NCBI GenBank assembly: GCA_002269645.1
Contig: NIVC01003149.1
Coordinates: 52,431-116,430, forward strand
Source of the DNA: Macrostomum lignano
Lineage: Eukaryota
Direction of reading: 5' to 3'
DNA: 64,000 nucleotides
The notes below the pieces were generated by a model. The model was given only the letters and a program-made list of their open reading frames with translations, was not told the origin of the DNA and did not search any database. A program made the translations under genes and the position numbers. Positions 38,803 through 51,596 of the stretch are shown here, piece by piece (the stretch's first letter is position 1; every line of letters starts with the position of its first letter).

Positions 38803-41346
38803 ATGTTCGTCTTCTTCCCTCTGGAATCGAAGCCCTACCGCTATAGCCGAATGCTGTCAATTTTAATCTGTTTCGGATTCGTCATCGGAATGGTGAACAA
38901 CGTTGAATCATTTCGTCTTTTCGATGATGCGCTGAACATCGCGGATAAGAGAATTGTCACTGGGGGTGAGGGTAAGTATATTTGATCAAAGTTTTTCATC
39001 GATTAAAAAACTACAAAGACCAGAAATATTGTAAATGTTTAAGTTGGAACACGAAAATATGCTTCAAAATTCGGCTGATTTCAATCAATTTTGCCAAAAA
39101 AGCGACCTAGTTTGCCCATAGCAAAGAAAACACCACAGACATACATAGCAAGATCAAAGAATGGCCCAGCGTGGACCTTATAACAGGATTTCAGCGAAGG
39201 ACCGGCAGCGATTGATTCAAAGCATATCAGGATGGAGAGGACTGGCAAGATTTCGGTAGGCTGTTGGGCATCTCACGAAGAACCGTGACTTACATATAGT
39301 TGGACAATTCAACGCAACCGGTCGTATAGAGTCTCTGCCTCGCGGAGGTGCCAAGCGGAGGTCCCTTAACAATGCTATGATTGAGAGCATTTGTGCCTAC
39401 GTCTCCATTATAAACTCGCTGTTTATTGTTCACTGTTACAGTTTATTTCGTCACACTTCCGAAATGATTCTCAATAAAAATTCTTCTTGGCTTGCTATGG
39501 GCAAACTAGGTCGCAGTTTTGGCAAAATTGATTGCAGTTTTCAAAGAGTTCTCTGTGGCTGAAACTCTGGTCATGACTGAGCAGACTTGGCCTAGACAGC
39601 AAAATTATAAGTGATATTTTTCCGCAGGCAAAATTGATTGCAGTTTTGGCACACTACGACTCGTATAGATCGCAAAAAGGTATAGTACAATAGCACATCT
39701 TATCTTATTTCGCATCTCTTGTCTCCCGACTCCTCTCGATCTCATCTGGCCAGGTAAAAAAGTTTTTATTACTGCACTGCGCCCTGCTTCCCGAACAAGA
39801 CGCAGACTCTTCGAAACCTACTTTTTTAAAAAGCATAGCTAATTGCAGTTGAACTAAGTACATGGACATTAAAGATTCCGTTTTCTTATAGAATGATAGA
39901 ACCCTATATAGGCATTTCCAGTAAACAGCACCACGCAAAAATTGCGAACTACTTGTTGTTGTTGTTAAAACTCTTTAAACCTCTTGACTCAGGGACTCCT
40001 TTAACGACGTCTGGGCAAACCAGTCTTGAAAAAACACTGAAAGACGTGTCTGAAAGGCAATAAAATTTTGCTGGATCTATCAATCAAGCAAGTATCGATA
40101 GTTTCAAGTTGATATCCTATATTATCTTGCTAGGCACGCTCAAAGAATCAAATCCTGCAGGCTTAAAAGCTGAGGTAATGCACGATAGCATGATACTCGG
40201 AATCGCCTTTTTGTGTTACACTTACACGACTTTTAATACTTCTGTCACGTGCTGGGAAGGACTTTCGTTTGCTTACACACCATATACCCTCTTTGAAGGA
40301 TATAATATTTCAATATTTCGACTGGAGCCATCAGATCATTGAAGCTCATGAGTTGCCTAAAAGAAACTGCTCGTAAATGTTGAGGTTGAAGCGCCACTTT
40401 TTCAGAGTCACACAAATTTTGAAATTATACTCGTGTTTGGAATAGCTACTTTTCATAATATTCAGTAGGCAATAGTAAGCATAAAAATTAAACTTTATTG
40501 AGACGAGCTGTAGCCAATCGGAGAATTTAATTTATTGAAGTATTTGCTATGGATCATGGGTTGGCAAACTCCGGCCCGATCCGGCCCTCGGGTCTTTTGA
40601 AACTTCAATATGATAGCAATCTGGCCCGATCAATGTTTATATCTCTTGTCAGCGCTCTTCTTTCTAATGTACTCTCTTCCTCTCTCCTCTCTTGTCTTCT
40701 CTATTATCTCTCTCATCTACTCTCTTCTCTTCTCTATTATCTCTTTCATCTCCTCTCTCCTCTCTTCTCTTTTCTTTTATCTCTCTCCTCTCTCCTCTCC
40801 TCTCGTCTCGTCTTCTGTCTCCCCTCTCCTCATCTCCTGTCTCCTCTTTTCTCTCTCATTTCTCTTATCCTCTCCTCTCTCTTATTCTCTCTACTCCTCT
40901 CTTCTCCTTTATTTTAATGCCTTTCCCGTCTCTTATCTCCCTTCTCTCTTTTTCATTCCCTCTCTTCTCTTCCCTCCTACGGCCCGCGGTCAATCTCTAT
41001 GTTCTCTATCAGGCCATTAAGGTAAAATAGTCTGCCGACCACTGCTACAGATGCATGATGGCCTACATGTATGTACGTGTAAATAGCATAAAAGTCTATC
41101 ATTAAATTAACTCTTAAATAATCATTATTGTCTCAACGTTTCTCAATGTTACACTGAAGTATCTCAAACAATTGCCTACTTATCCGTGTTCCACCCGCAG
41201 ATCCACTTCGATCGGCTCGTCTAAACGCAATTTGCTCAAACTTGTGCCGAAAAATATTCCGAACGGGTGGTGCATTCTGCAGCGGTCTGTTTACTGTTGC
41301 CTTGGGCTACCCGGACTGCGTTTGCAATCAAAGCTGTCAGGCTTAA
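38803..41346 (+). CDS. Candidate secreted 6-cysteine defensin-like (CS-alpha-beta-type) prepropeptide; exons 38803-38971 and 41201-41346
   Basis: Exon 1: (M...)MLSILICFGFVIGMVNNVESFRLFDDALNIADKRIVTGGE G|gtaagt. Exon 2: cccgcag|AT, PLRSARLNAICSNLCRKIFRTGGAFCSGLFTVALGYPDCVCNQSCQA stop. Phases match. Confidence 0.7.
39082..39684 (+). mobile_element. Second HTH-only Tc1/IS630-like derivative, related to 27369-28079
   Basis: From 39161: MAQRGPYNRISAKDRQRLI..AYQDGEDWQDFGRLLGISRRTV..GRIESLPRGGAKRRSLNNAMIESI (frameshifted). Inverted repeats 39082-39124 and 39492-39534; shared terminus AAAAAGGTATA. Confidence 0.8.
40650..40980. repeat. CT-rich low-complexity tract; related segment at ~60230-60400
   Basis: (CTCT/CTT)n; both tracts are preceded by CCGGCCCTCGGGTC. 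Confidence 0.8.
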
Positions 41347-42694
41347 AACCTGGGGGGACGCATATAAAAATTACCGTTTGATTAGCTGACGAGAGACAAA
41401 GGGGTTGTTGAGTAACTGTTTATCGCCATCATCGCGATCACCTAACTACGCCATGCCTCTCTAGATCTGGAAGGCCACTCTTGAAAATATACATGTTAAG
41501 AGTATATTTTCCCAAGTTAGATAACATCTATTGATATTTACACAAAAAGAAGAGCATTGCTCCAATTGGACGCGTACCTTCTGTTTCAGCTATCAGTGGT
41601 AGCAAATCAATTCAAGAAAAAATTACATCATGCAATATTGATGTAAAAGCAGTCTTTAAAGTAGCTGAAGCAATTACGCAACCGAAGAATTAAACTGATA
41701 GACAATAAAATCAACAGTACTTTCTTCGTTCTTTAAATACTTTATAAAAAAGATCACGAGCTGCATGCAGTGCAGACACACACTAAATTTATTACTGACA
41801 TATTCGAGCGTAACAGTGAAATGTAACAGAATTAGGAAGGTAAGCTACATGTCAGACTATACATGTAGAAAAAGCACTTAAAGAATGCATCAAATATTGT
41901 TTGTCCTTAAATGTATCTTAGGATGAAAACCAGCGTGGTTTATGCATTGGTGTATACAACTATTTCTCGCTACAATTACTACCATTGTAAATTAAGTTTA
42001 TACCCGATTTACTGCCAATTCTGAATTGTTTACTTCTACGAGCGAGCGTATAGTATTTTAGCATAGATAGAAACTATTTTATCAAGACGTTTAATTCACT
42101 GCAGCGCGCAATCACCAAGATGGGTTCCAGAAGCAACCGAAAATATCACTAAAATGCAGTAGACGCTACACAATCTCCCTCAGATTTAACTGCTTCTGTC
42201 TCTTCACCCCCTAAAGACGGCTTTGAGCACAACCGAAGAAGCTATAGGAAATGGTCATTATGGTCCTGGGTTCTTGGGTCTAGGTGCAGCTTTGTAGAAC
42301 TTAGTCAGTCTGGTCACACATTCCCTTGTGGGCCGTTTTAGACCTTTGCAGGAACTATTCTGCAATCGTCAAGAGTAATGGAGCCAAACTTGATGAATTT
42401 TGCGAGACCGTCAACCACTTTGCCTCTGCCTTCCTCCTTGCAAAGACAAAGGCCACGACTTGTTGAAGTTCATTTACACTGGATTGTTCGAGTTTCCCAT
42501 CCATCCTGTGGCAAATGTACTTGATTCAAACCATGAAGTAGCTTAGTGTTACTCGTAGCGTATTCCAGAAGTTTTATAATATGATGAGAACTACTTCAAT
42601 TCTAGAAATCGCACTCGAGTCTCATTTCTTCTGAATCTTATTCCAAGTAGGCTATTTTTGTGTCTTAATTTTTCTTTATTTAATAATTTACAAG

Positions 42695-42830
42695 GATTAC
42701 TGCACTTGATAAACCAAAGATTATTGCACTTGATAAACCAAGGATTATTGCACTTGATAAACCAAGGATTACTGTACCTGATAAACCAAGGATTACTGCA
42801 CTTGATAAGCTAAAGATTATTGCACTAGAT
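42695..42830. repeat. 24-bp tandem repeat (GGATTACTGCACTTGATAAACCAA)
   Basis: About 5 adjacent units, no spacers. Confidence 0.9.
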
Positions 42831-42959
42831 AATAAAATGATTTGTGTACTATCTAATAAGCGGATTATTGCGCTGGAATAAAAAGAGATTATTACGCTAG
42901 CTGAGACATGGATTATTGCACAACCTCAGAAAGCGATTATTGCATTAGCAGAGGAAATA

Positions 42960-43600
42960 TTTGCACTAGCTACTTCCTGTCTGGTGGATGCATGCTATCT
43001 GTGGGATACTTTGCTATTGTATCTGGGGGGGGGGGTGCTTACTATTGGGGGATGCTTGCTCTCGAGGGGGAAGGGGTACTGACTCTTTGGGAAAGGGGGG
43101 TACTAGCTATACATGTATCTACATGTATGGGATTCTTCGTATACAGGGATGCTTGTTATTTAGGGATTCTTGTTATCTGCAGGATTCTTGCTATCTGGAT
43201 GATGCTTGCTATCTGCAGCATGCTTGCTATCTGGGTGGATGCTTGCTATCTGCAGCATGCTTGCTATCTGGGTGGATGCTTGCTATCTGCAGGATGCTTG
43301 CTATTTGGGGGGATGCTTACTATCTTGGCGGATGCTTGCTATCTGCAGAATGCTTCCTATCTGCAGAATGCTTGCTATCTGGGGGAGGGGGGATGCTTAC
43401 TATCTTTGAGGATGCTTGCTATCTGGGTGGATTCTTGCTATCTGCAGGATGCTGCTATCTGGGGGATGCTTACTATCTTGGAGGATGATTGCTATCTGCG
43501 TGGAGGCTTGCTATCTGGGGGATGCTTGCTGTATTGGAGGATGATTGCTATCTGCGTGGAGGCTTGCTATCTGGGGGAATGCGTGCTGTCTTGGGGATGC
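42960..43600. repeat. Degenerate minisatellite (GATGCTTGCTATCTG...)
   Basis: Recurrent TGCTTGCTATCTG; source of the DACYL/CLLS ORFs. Confidence 0.9.
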
Positions 43601-44382
43601 TTTCTATTTAGGGGGAATGTCTGTGTGTTTGTGAAATTTAGGGGGAATTTAGGGGGAATCTTTGTGAAAATCATATTTTGTTGTCTTTCTGTTAATTTAA
43701 AAAAAGAGATTCATAGCAAGCATCTTTGTCCGTGACAATTTTACTCGAAAAAGGTGATTTATAAAACTGAAGAAGGAATTGGTTCTTAAGAAAATGTGCT
43801 TTTTTATTTGTTTTATATTGCTCCTTGCTTATTGCGCGGCCCCGAAGGGGGGCACTAGATTGCTAGTAATAATCTATAATCTATTTATATTTTCTAACAC
43901 ATACTGTACTTCGTTTTATTGGTACATTATTTTGTCAAGTTGTATACGCCTAGAGATAAAATTGCCTGGACTGATTTTCATTTACAATCATCTGCTTGCT
44001 ACTTTTATCACCAAGGAGTCCGGAAAATGATCTTCAGTCGGCTTTTTGGTTATGATTTATGCTCGTACGATCGTCTGGTTGTCACTTCTGGCGACGGATG
44101 TCTTGCGTAGGCAGTTTTGGCAAACATTTTTGCCTGTTTTACTAATTCGCTAGCACCAACCCGTGCAAACCGGCTCCACCAAACCAAACTCTCTCGAAGT
44201 CGGGTTCCCAACTATAGGTACACTGAACTAACCTGCCGACTACATGTAGTGTCGTTTAGCTGTCAACTTCGGATTTGGCATTTCCTTCAAGCTGAGTTGG
44301 AGCAAAAGGTAACCGTTCACTGTTGATTTTGAACTTTCAGCACATAAAGAAGAGAATTTACAAGCAGTCTCAGCGGCCGATT

Positions 44383-46350
44383 TGTCATACCAAGCGTCGG
44401 ATTTTCTGATTGGACAAGCATGGGATGACTAACTCGACTCTGATTGGTTAAGCTCAAGACCCCAAATCACTCTTCGGACGACCTCTCAAACCCAGGAAGT
44501 TTGACAGATGCGGTCAGAAATCATAAAAAAACAGGGGGAAGAAGCAGGCCAAAACTGCTTTTGCCAGACATCCTGGTGCAAAATGTGACAGCTAGACGAG
44601 CATAACCATAAGTGCGCGGGCACTGTTAGGGGGTTTGTTTGTTATTGCTATTGCGTGCATGTTGGGGGGTAGGCACCACCCCGTTCTACCTAAAAATATA
44701 TTGGCATGCGCAGTGAGGTGAGACTCACGCTATTTGGTTACTCATTCTCGAAACCACGCTCTGATGGCAGCCGTTTCATCATGGCCAAATCAGAGTTTAG
44801 CGGCGAATCCACTGTGAGAATGTGGCTCAGCACGTTTGAGGACTTCACGGATGACTGCGAATGGGACGATAAGAAGAAGGCGAGAAGCTGAAACTGCTGG
44901 TGACAGGCGAAGCGCCAAGCTTCGTCTGGGAGCAGCCGGTGGACGTGGCAGCCAGCTACGAGCAGGTGAAGTAAAAGTTGATCGGGAGCTTCGGCATCAG
45001 CCTGAGCTGCTACAAAGAGCGAAAGCGGCAGCCAAACGAATCACTGAGGGAGCTGGCCTACAACCTGAAGCTTCTCCACCTTCGCGCTCGCCCGGATGAC
45101 TCTGTAGCAGCCCGAGAAAAAGGATTTGGAGTTTCGCTTGATGCGCCTCCTCCCAGCGGTCGTGAGAGATGCGCTGCTGAAGGACAAGGACGCTGACTCG
45201 TGCTCGCTCGCAGATACCGTCGACCGAGCTGCGTGACTTGAGCAGGTGGGCCACTTGAGTTCGGCTTCAGCAGCTTCTGTAGCAGTTGGAGGACAAGATG
45301 ATAAGCTAGCTGGAGCAGCAAATGCAGCAGCGACAGCCAGCATCCGAGCGGGCTCATACGACAGGGACAGATGTCACAAGGTTGGCATCAAGTGATACTG
45401 CTGCGGCGAGCTGGGCCACATCGCCAGGCGGTGCCCGAAGATGATCGGCAGTCGTTGCAGCCGGTGCTCAGGCAAGGGCCACACCGCAGCGGTGTGCCGA
45501 CACCAGCTGACAAGCCGCAGGGAAACTTCTGAGGGTTGGCAGCCTTGGGCCAGCACCGACCCACTCTAAAGGGGCCCGCGTCGCGCCTTCCGTCTTCGGT
45601 GCGTCTCGGCAGTCTGACAGCGCCGTCTCTGCTCGACACTGGCGCCCAAGTTTCATTGATGGATAAGTCCTTCTTCGACAGACTGGCCTGTCAGATCGAC
45701 TCCACTAATTTTGATGCCTTGCTGACAGCGGTTTACGGCTTGAGGCTACGCTGCTTCAGCCAGTCGGCAGTGTATGTGTAACAATTGGCAAAACCATCCG
45801 AGTGCGTCATCGCTTCACGGTAGTGGACGGCATCCATCCGGCATGGACTCCATAGGCCAGGTGTCGCAGGCGATGGCCATTGAATTAAAAAGAGGGTATC
45901 GATTGTCAAGTTCGATGGCACCACGGTGCCCTTCAGCAGTAAGCCAATCCGGGCCGACTGTTGCCTTGTGCCGAGTGTTCCAATGGCTCAGGTGGCCTCG
46001 GACGAGTGTCGCATACCGGTTAAAATGTACAATCTGGTGGAGGAGCCCGTGCTACTGTACGCCAACAAGGCAGTCGACACTTTCGAAGGCGCAATGCCCG
46101 ACGGGGAGGGTCACAAGGAGACGGCTCACGAGACCCCCGTCGGGTGGAACATCAACGCAGAGCTACAGGTACCTGGACCGGATACGGCAGCTGCTAGAGC
46201 GCAACGAGGACTTGTTCGCTAAGCACGAGTACCACCTGGGCACGACGGAGCTGCTACAGCACCTAGATTAAACTGGGGGCAGGAACGTGGCCGCACCGGC
46301 AAAACCTGCGCCGCCTTCCTCTGTCTGTGCAGGACCAGGTGGATGTCCTT
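44383..46350 (+). mobile_element. Degenerate Gypsy 5' half: candidate LTR 44383-44570, PBS-like TGG at 44574, gag with two CCHC knuckles, protease, start of RT
   Basis: TGTC...GACA ends; MAKSEFSGESTVRMWLSTFEDF; CCGELGHIARRC and CSRCSGKGHTAAVC; LLDTGAQVSLM; LLERNEDLFAKHEYHLG. Many frameshifts. Confidence 0.88.
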
Positions 46351-47040
46351 TTAAATAGTAAAAAGAATACTGAATACTGAAAGCTAGCCTACTAAGAGTA
46401 AGAGAACAGAATGGAACTCAGCTGCGATTCTAAGATTGAAAGAATGTGCGTTCTGATCATACGCTTAGAGACTAGGAGTTATGATATGGGCTCACTATCA
46501 AGAAAATAAAGAAATGCCTTCAATTAAGTGCATCTTCACTAGTTCTGCGTTTTAATCTTCAGCATTTAATCTCTTAAGCGACTCTCACGTAACAGTTAAT
46601 CGATAATTATTTTCAAATCAGCAGACTGGAAGTTAATCGAAACAGTCATGATTGAGATGTTTAAAATGCTAGTGTCTGATAGTCTCTGGAGCTTCTAGTT
46701 GGCATGCCAACAGCACTAACTTTTTTAAAACACCAACTGCTGGTTGTTATAAAACACTGTACGAACCCAGGACGCCTGCTAGTGCTATTAATCACAGAAA
46801 TCAAATTCACGAGAGTGGAGAAGTTAAATCTTTGCGAATTCATTTTTACCCTTAATAACTAAAAAAAACACAAAAACGCAAAGCTACACCACCATTTGTA
46901 CTTTCTGTCTGACTATTAAAGCTAGTATCGAGTTGACGGATAAGCGTTTATCTGAAAGCTAATACGCTCGTATACTTGAGGGATCTACAGGAGCATCGTG
47001 CAGAGATTTAATTGGACACCCATGCAGTCCCAATCCCAAA

Positions 47041-47353
47041 CAGGCGCGTCGCCACCGAGGGACGTCCCCCCTGTAAAGCTCTGGGGGACATGCCAATGCT
47101 TTGTCCCCCCACCCCACCTTGTGAGTCGTGATGTAATCAGTAATTTTTCTTCAGGGCGCCAAAACAGCACCTTCGGCGCCAAAATGATTGCCTTCGGCGC
47201 CAAAATGAGTGCCTGTGGCGCTAAAAGGAATGTCTGCGGCGCCAAAAGGAGTGCCTGGGGCGCTAAAAGGAGTGCCAAAATTTAGTCATGTACATGTAAT
47301 ATTAAATTCTTAGCTTTGTCCCCCCCAACATAAAATTCATGGCGACGCCCCTG
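47041..47353. mobile_element. MITE-family copy with ~6 units of the 21-bp repeat
   Basis: CAGGCGCGTCGCCA...TGGCGACGCCCCTG termini. Confidence 0.85.
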
Positions 47354-50300
47354 GTCACAGAATTAAAAACACAAACAATTTCACAACTTCTTTGTTTGAT
47401 AAGCACAACGACTACTTATAAAGCTTGGATAGTTATATAAATCTCATATATTTGTGCAAAGGAATGCAAATAATAGAAACTGATGTAGAAAAAAAAACAA
47501 TTACTACAACAATCACCGATGCCACAGATGCAAATGAATTCTTAAATTGATGAAAATAAACTGCTTACCATGCACGTAGCATCCATATTTTGCCGCCATC
47601 GAATTGCGTATTGCTGTTAATAACAACAAACGGGGCTGTCATCAATGAATGTCACTCTTCCATCGAATTACCAAACTCATCGCGTGAAGCTAAACTTTTG
47701 GCAGAATAGACAGTCAAACTCGCGTGGCCTACATGCGGTCCGCGGCAATGAGTTAGGAGCTGGTGATGAACGAGCAGCAGTCAAGGAGTACGAACAAAAC
47801 CAAGCGAAATAGGTAACGCCGTTACTTCGACAAGCCAAACACCGTTTCCCCTGACAGTCCATAGATAGAGAGAGACAGACAGACAGAGACAGACAGACGT
47901 TAATAAATGCCGATAAAGACTGTCAGGGAAAATCGGCCTCTGATGACGCTAAATGAAAACTGCGCGCTCCATCTGATGAAACGGGCAAAAGGCGAATTCC
48001 ATGATGACATCAGGTTGCACATACTAGCGCGATGTTGTTCACTTGTGCGTCGGCATCAAGCGCACCTCAATCGAAAAGTGTTACAATAGGAAAAAATGTA
48101 ATTTCTATAACTTTGCCTAAAAAAGAATACAAAGTTACACTGTCAAATACAACTGTGGCATCGAATGAAAGTTACAAAGCACAGGTGAGGTGTATAGTAC
48201 AAAATTACGAAAATAGGAGGGTATTTTACATAAAGGGCATGTACAGCCTAAAAAAGTTAAACTATGAAAGAAAAAATAGAAATTAACAGCAATTAATCAC
48301 AGTTATAGCACTTTGTTGATATAATATAAAAAACAAAGTAATAAGAGATTAGTATTATAGTTGTGACAAAACATGCTTGTAGATAACCACAAATCTCTTC
48401 TAATTTGGACAATGAATATGCTGACTTCAGCTCATAGGCCAGACAGACTTCAGTCTTAAGGGCTTGAGCAGGTAGGTTTATTGAGCGACTAGGTGAGTCC
48501 ATCCCACGAGATTTTATATTATACTTGAGTAGTAAGGCAGCTTCAGCATTTTGGGCTTGCACCATAGTACTGAAAAGAAACAATATAGAATGAACATTTT
48601 ATATTTGAATTGATCTTTAAGATTTATTCGAAATCTAAGGACAGATAGCCACTAACTAGTAGAAAGGACAAAAAAGATAATACTAGAAATATACAAGAGT
48701 TGATACAAGTACTAAGGCTAGGCCAAATTCATTTTTTAATACTAAAATACACAATAGTTAACAAATGATAATTCTAAGTCATTTAATAAAAATAGAATAA
48801 AGGAAACAAAAGATAAAAGGAAAATAGGGAAAAGAAAGACCAAAATAAATAAGGATCTAATATAAATATTATTTTTGCAATAGGCCAAATTTTGTATATA
48901 AAATAGATTAAAGTTAGTTTCTCATTTAGTTTAAATCATGTTATGTTTGAAATAATTTATAAAACACTAACAAGCAAAACAATTGTTGATAAATTTGGAT
49001 ATATAGCTTAGACAACTAGTGGTTACTAAACACTTTGTCAATTTACACTTTAGTTATCTACTTTGAAAATATAACATGCTGTCAACTAGCCAATTGACAT
49101 GCTTTAAAGTTTGGTCAATTCATTATCCACTGTTAAAAATAATTATAGATTCAATTTATTTGGATAACAAAGTTTATAAGATAACAAGCGTCTAAAAATG
49201 CAACTAGTGTCATAAGAGCTAATTTTTACTTAGCAACCTAAACAAAGTAATATATATATTGTAAGCTATTTAAAGCTAAAGGAAGGTTAATTTTCACTTT
49301 AATATTATATATAAAATAGATATACTAGAACTAGAGTCTGGATACTATTTATTACTAAGCCTATAGATATATATATTTAGTTTGAATAAAATTTTAACTA
49401 AGGCCTAGTTTTTTTCATGCTGTAGATATCTGCTATTCTAGTTTATAGTCCAACTGCACATAAGACTAAACAAAATATAAAATTTGGTATAGTGCTAGTG
49501 CAGTGGCAAATGCAAGTACAACCATAGTCATAGGTCATGACCTAGTGACTAGCCTAACTAGTCTTATTTTGCTATAGGTACAGATGGCTAAGTCTTAGGC
49601 TTAGTTAGGCCTACTATAGAAGTAGGTTTATGTAGGGCCTATTAAGCAAGTTTTAATAGGGGGGCCTACTCTACTAGACTACCATACAAATATAGGCCTA
49701 GTCCTTGATATAACTCTAGCTGTGCTGATAGTGATAGGTTAAAAGAAGCATATCTAGATAATATCACATTTAAAACTGTTTCAGTAAGATGAAATGTTAA
49801 AAAAAATAAAAACATATAGATTCAACAAAAAATAGAATAGACTTAAGACATTTAAATTCAATACTAGGGGGGTGTATGTTCTTAGGCCTATTAATTTGCT
49901 AAAACCTATTCGCCATATTTATGTTTGTACGAGCGTATAATGGCGCCACTACTTAGCTAGTAGCTAGCGTAGCGTAGTTAACTTGTATGCATATGAGGTA
50001 GGGCCGGTTTGGAGATTTACTTGTTATTCGGTATGGTAGCTGAGCTGAGTCAGCTGGTCAACACACTGAAAACGAAAAAAATTGAAATTTGAAAATTTGA
50101 ACTGCCGCCTGCGTCAGTTCGCGCATTTCTCGCCGGAAAATCTCGCGCAGTGAAATTCGTTGCCTCCGAATTACTCCGTCTGCCGGGGTATTCAATTCCG
50201 GGGGAGGGTGGTAAAATCGTAGTCGAGCGGTCGCTAGCACGGGCTCGTTCAGTTCTTCAGACACCATTACAGATGTACGTCGATTTTTGCTACATACAAC

Positions 50301-50879
50301 TAAGCATTATACAAGTAGTGCTGCTACCAACCGTAATTATAGCGTACTATACAGACCGTCAGCTATTTCTCAGATCTTGCTTTGAGTTGAGAATTGAGAG
50401 TTTTACACCCCGTGGGCAAAATATTTAAGATAACGCTAGAGTTTTTTATCAATGATTAAACCCCAAAATAGAAACAGAGCAAAAACAAGACAAGGAGCCT
50501 ACAAGAACGGCACACCCGGTTCAGCTAGGGGGCGAACCCCAACACCAACTGAAAGCGGGAGGAAGGAAACCAGCAGTCCAAATAAACACAACAAACTGCA
50601 GAGAAATAAAAACAAGCCGGAACTATCAGGGTCACAGCGCCAGCCCTAAAGCTCGCACCTAATTATAGCGCAGCTAGGATCTGCTTCTGCCGTCGCAACT
50701 CGCTCCGCTCGAGAACCGCGCCAGAGACCGCGGGACTTAATGCGAGCGATGCCGGATCAAGTAACCGGCCGCCGGTTGACTCATTGAGGCAGGCCCTGCG
50801 CAGATCTTCTGGCTGTGCCTTGGCCCAGCCGAAGTAGCGCAGCAGAATTATACAGCAGCATGTGGTGGGGATGCGTCAG

Positions 50880-51590
50880 GCAGCGCAGCAGCGGGTCGCT
50901 CAGCAGCTGCCAGGACCCCGGCATATGGTGAGCCCTAAACTGAAAGTCGTGCCTCAACGCTGCCAGATGGAATGGCCGTTTTGAGCAGGATTATTACGAT
51001 CGGGTTGTTGGAGGACCACGGTTATGGTGCGACCGCCGCGCTGCTGTCGACGAAGCAGGCCACCTCGTGGCCGGCCAGCTGCTCCTAGAATAGAATGATG
51101 GCGAGCAGCAGCAATACTGTCTCCTTCCTTGGAGTTGATATGCTCGCTCAAAAGATGGCACCAGCATCACTGCAGAAGTTGACGAGGCAAAACTCGCGCA
51201 GGGGATCAGAGGTGCTCAGGATCATGTCACTCGCACTAACGCAGGCGTCTGTCTCGAACGCTGCCAGCACTCGAGCACGTCGGCACAGCTTGTCGGTCGG
51301 GAAAACTTGTCGTTTCCCGAGACGGACCGGCCGGCTTCGTCTCGCGCTCTATACGAGCGGGGAGACTCAGCACCTAGTCGTGCTGCTTACCGACCTGCTG
51401 TCGCACGAACGCGCAGGCAGTATAGGCAGGCAACCAGGGTCGCAGCGAACGCACAGGCCCTTGGTGATCACAAGATTCTAAGCACTAAACCCCAAAAGGA
51501 ACACGACAGGTGACACAGTTGCGCAGTTTCGGCACTCGGGCGCTCTAGACGTTCCGGTAGTAAGTACGTGTTATATTAGGCGTTGGGCCA
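50880..51590 (-). mobile_element. Degenerate DIRS/Ngaro-type RT-linker and RNase H fragment
   Basis: VFLLGF; QQVGK..ETKPA; AFETDAC; ETVLLLLAIILF*EQLAGHEVACFVDSSAAV; FRAHHMPG..LSDPLLR (compare HIPGxxNxxADxLSR). Confidence 0.72.
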
Positions 51591-51596
51591 AGGACT

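Noticed and set aside
42695-43735. 24-bp repeat as a CRISPR, and Cys-rich ORFs at 42908-43735
   Set aside because: No spacers; the ORFs derive from a degenerate minisatellite
47580-50050. Possible exons or transposon ORFs in the 47.6-48.6 kb ORF cluster and the following AT-rich tract
   Set aside because: No consistent splice chain or protein motif found on either strand
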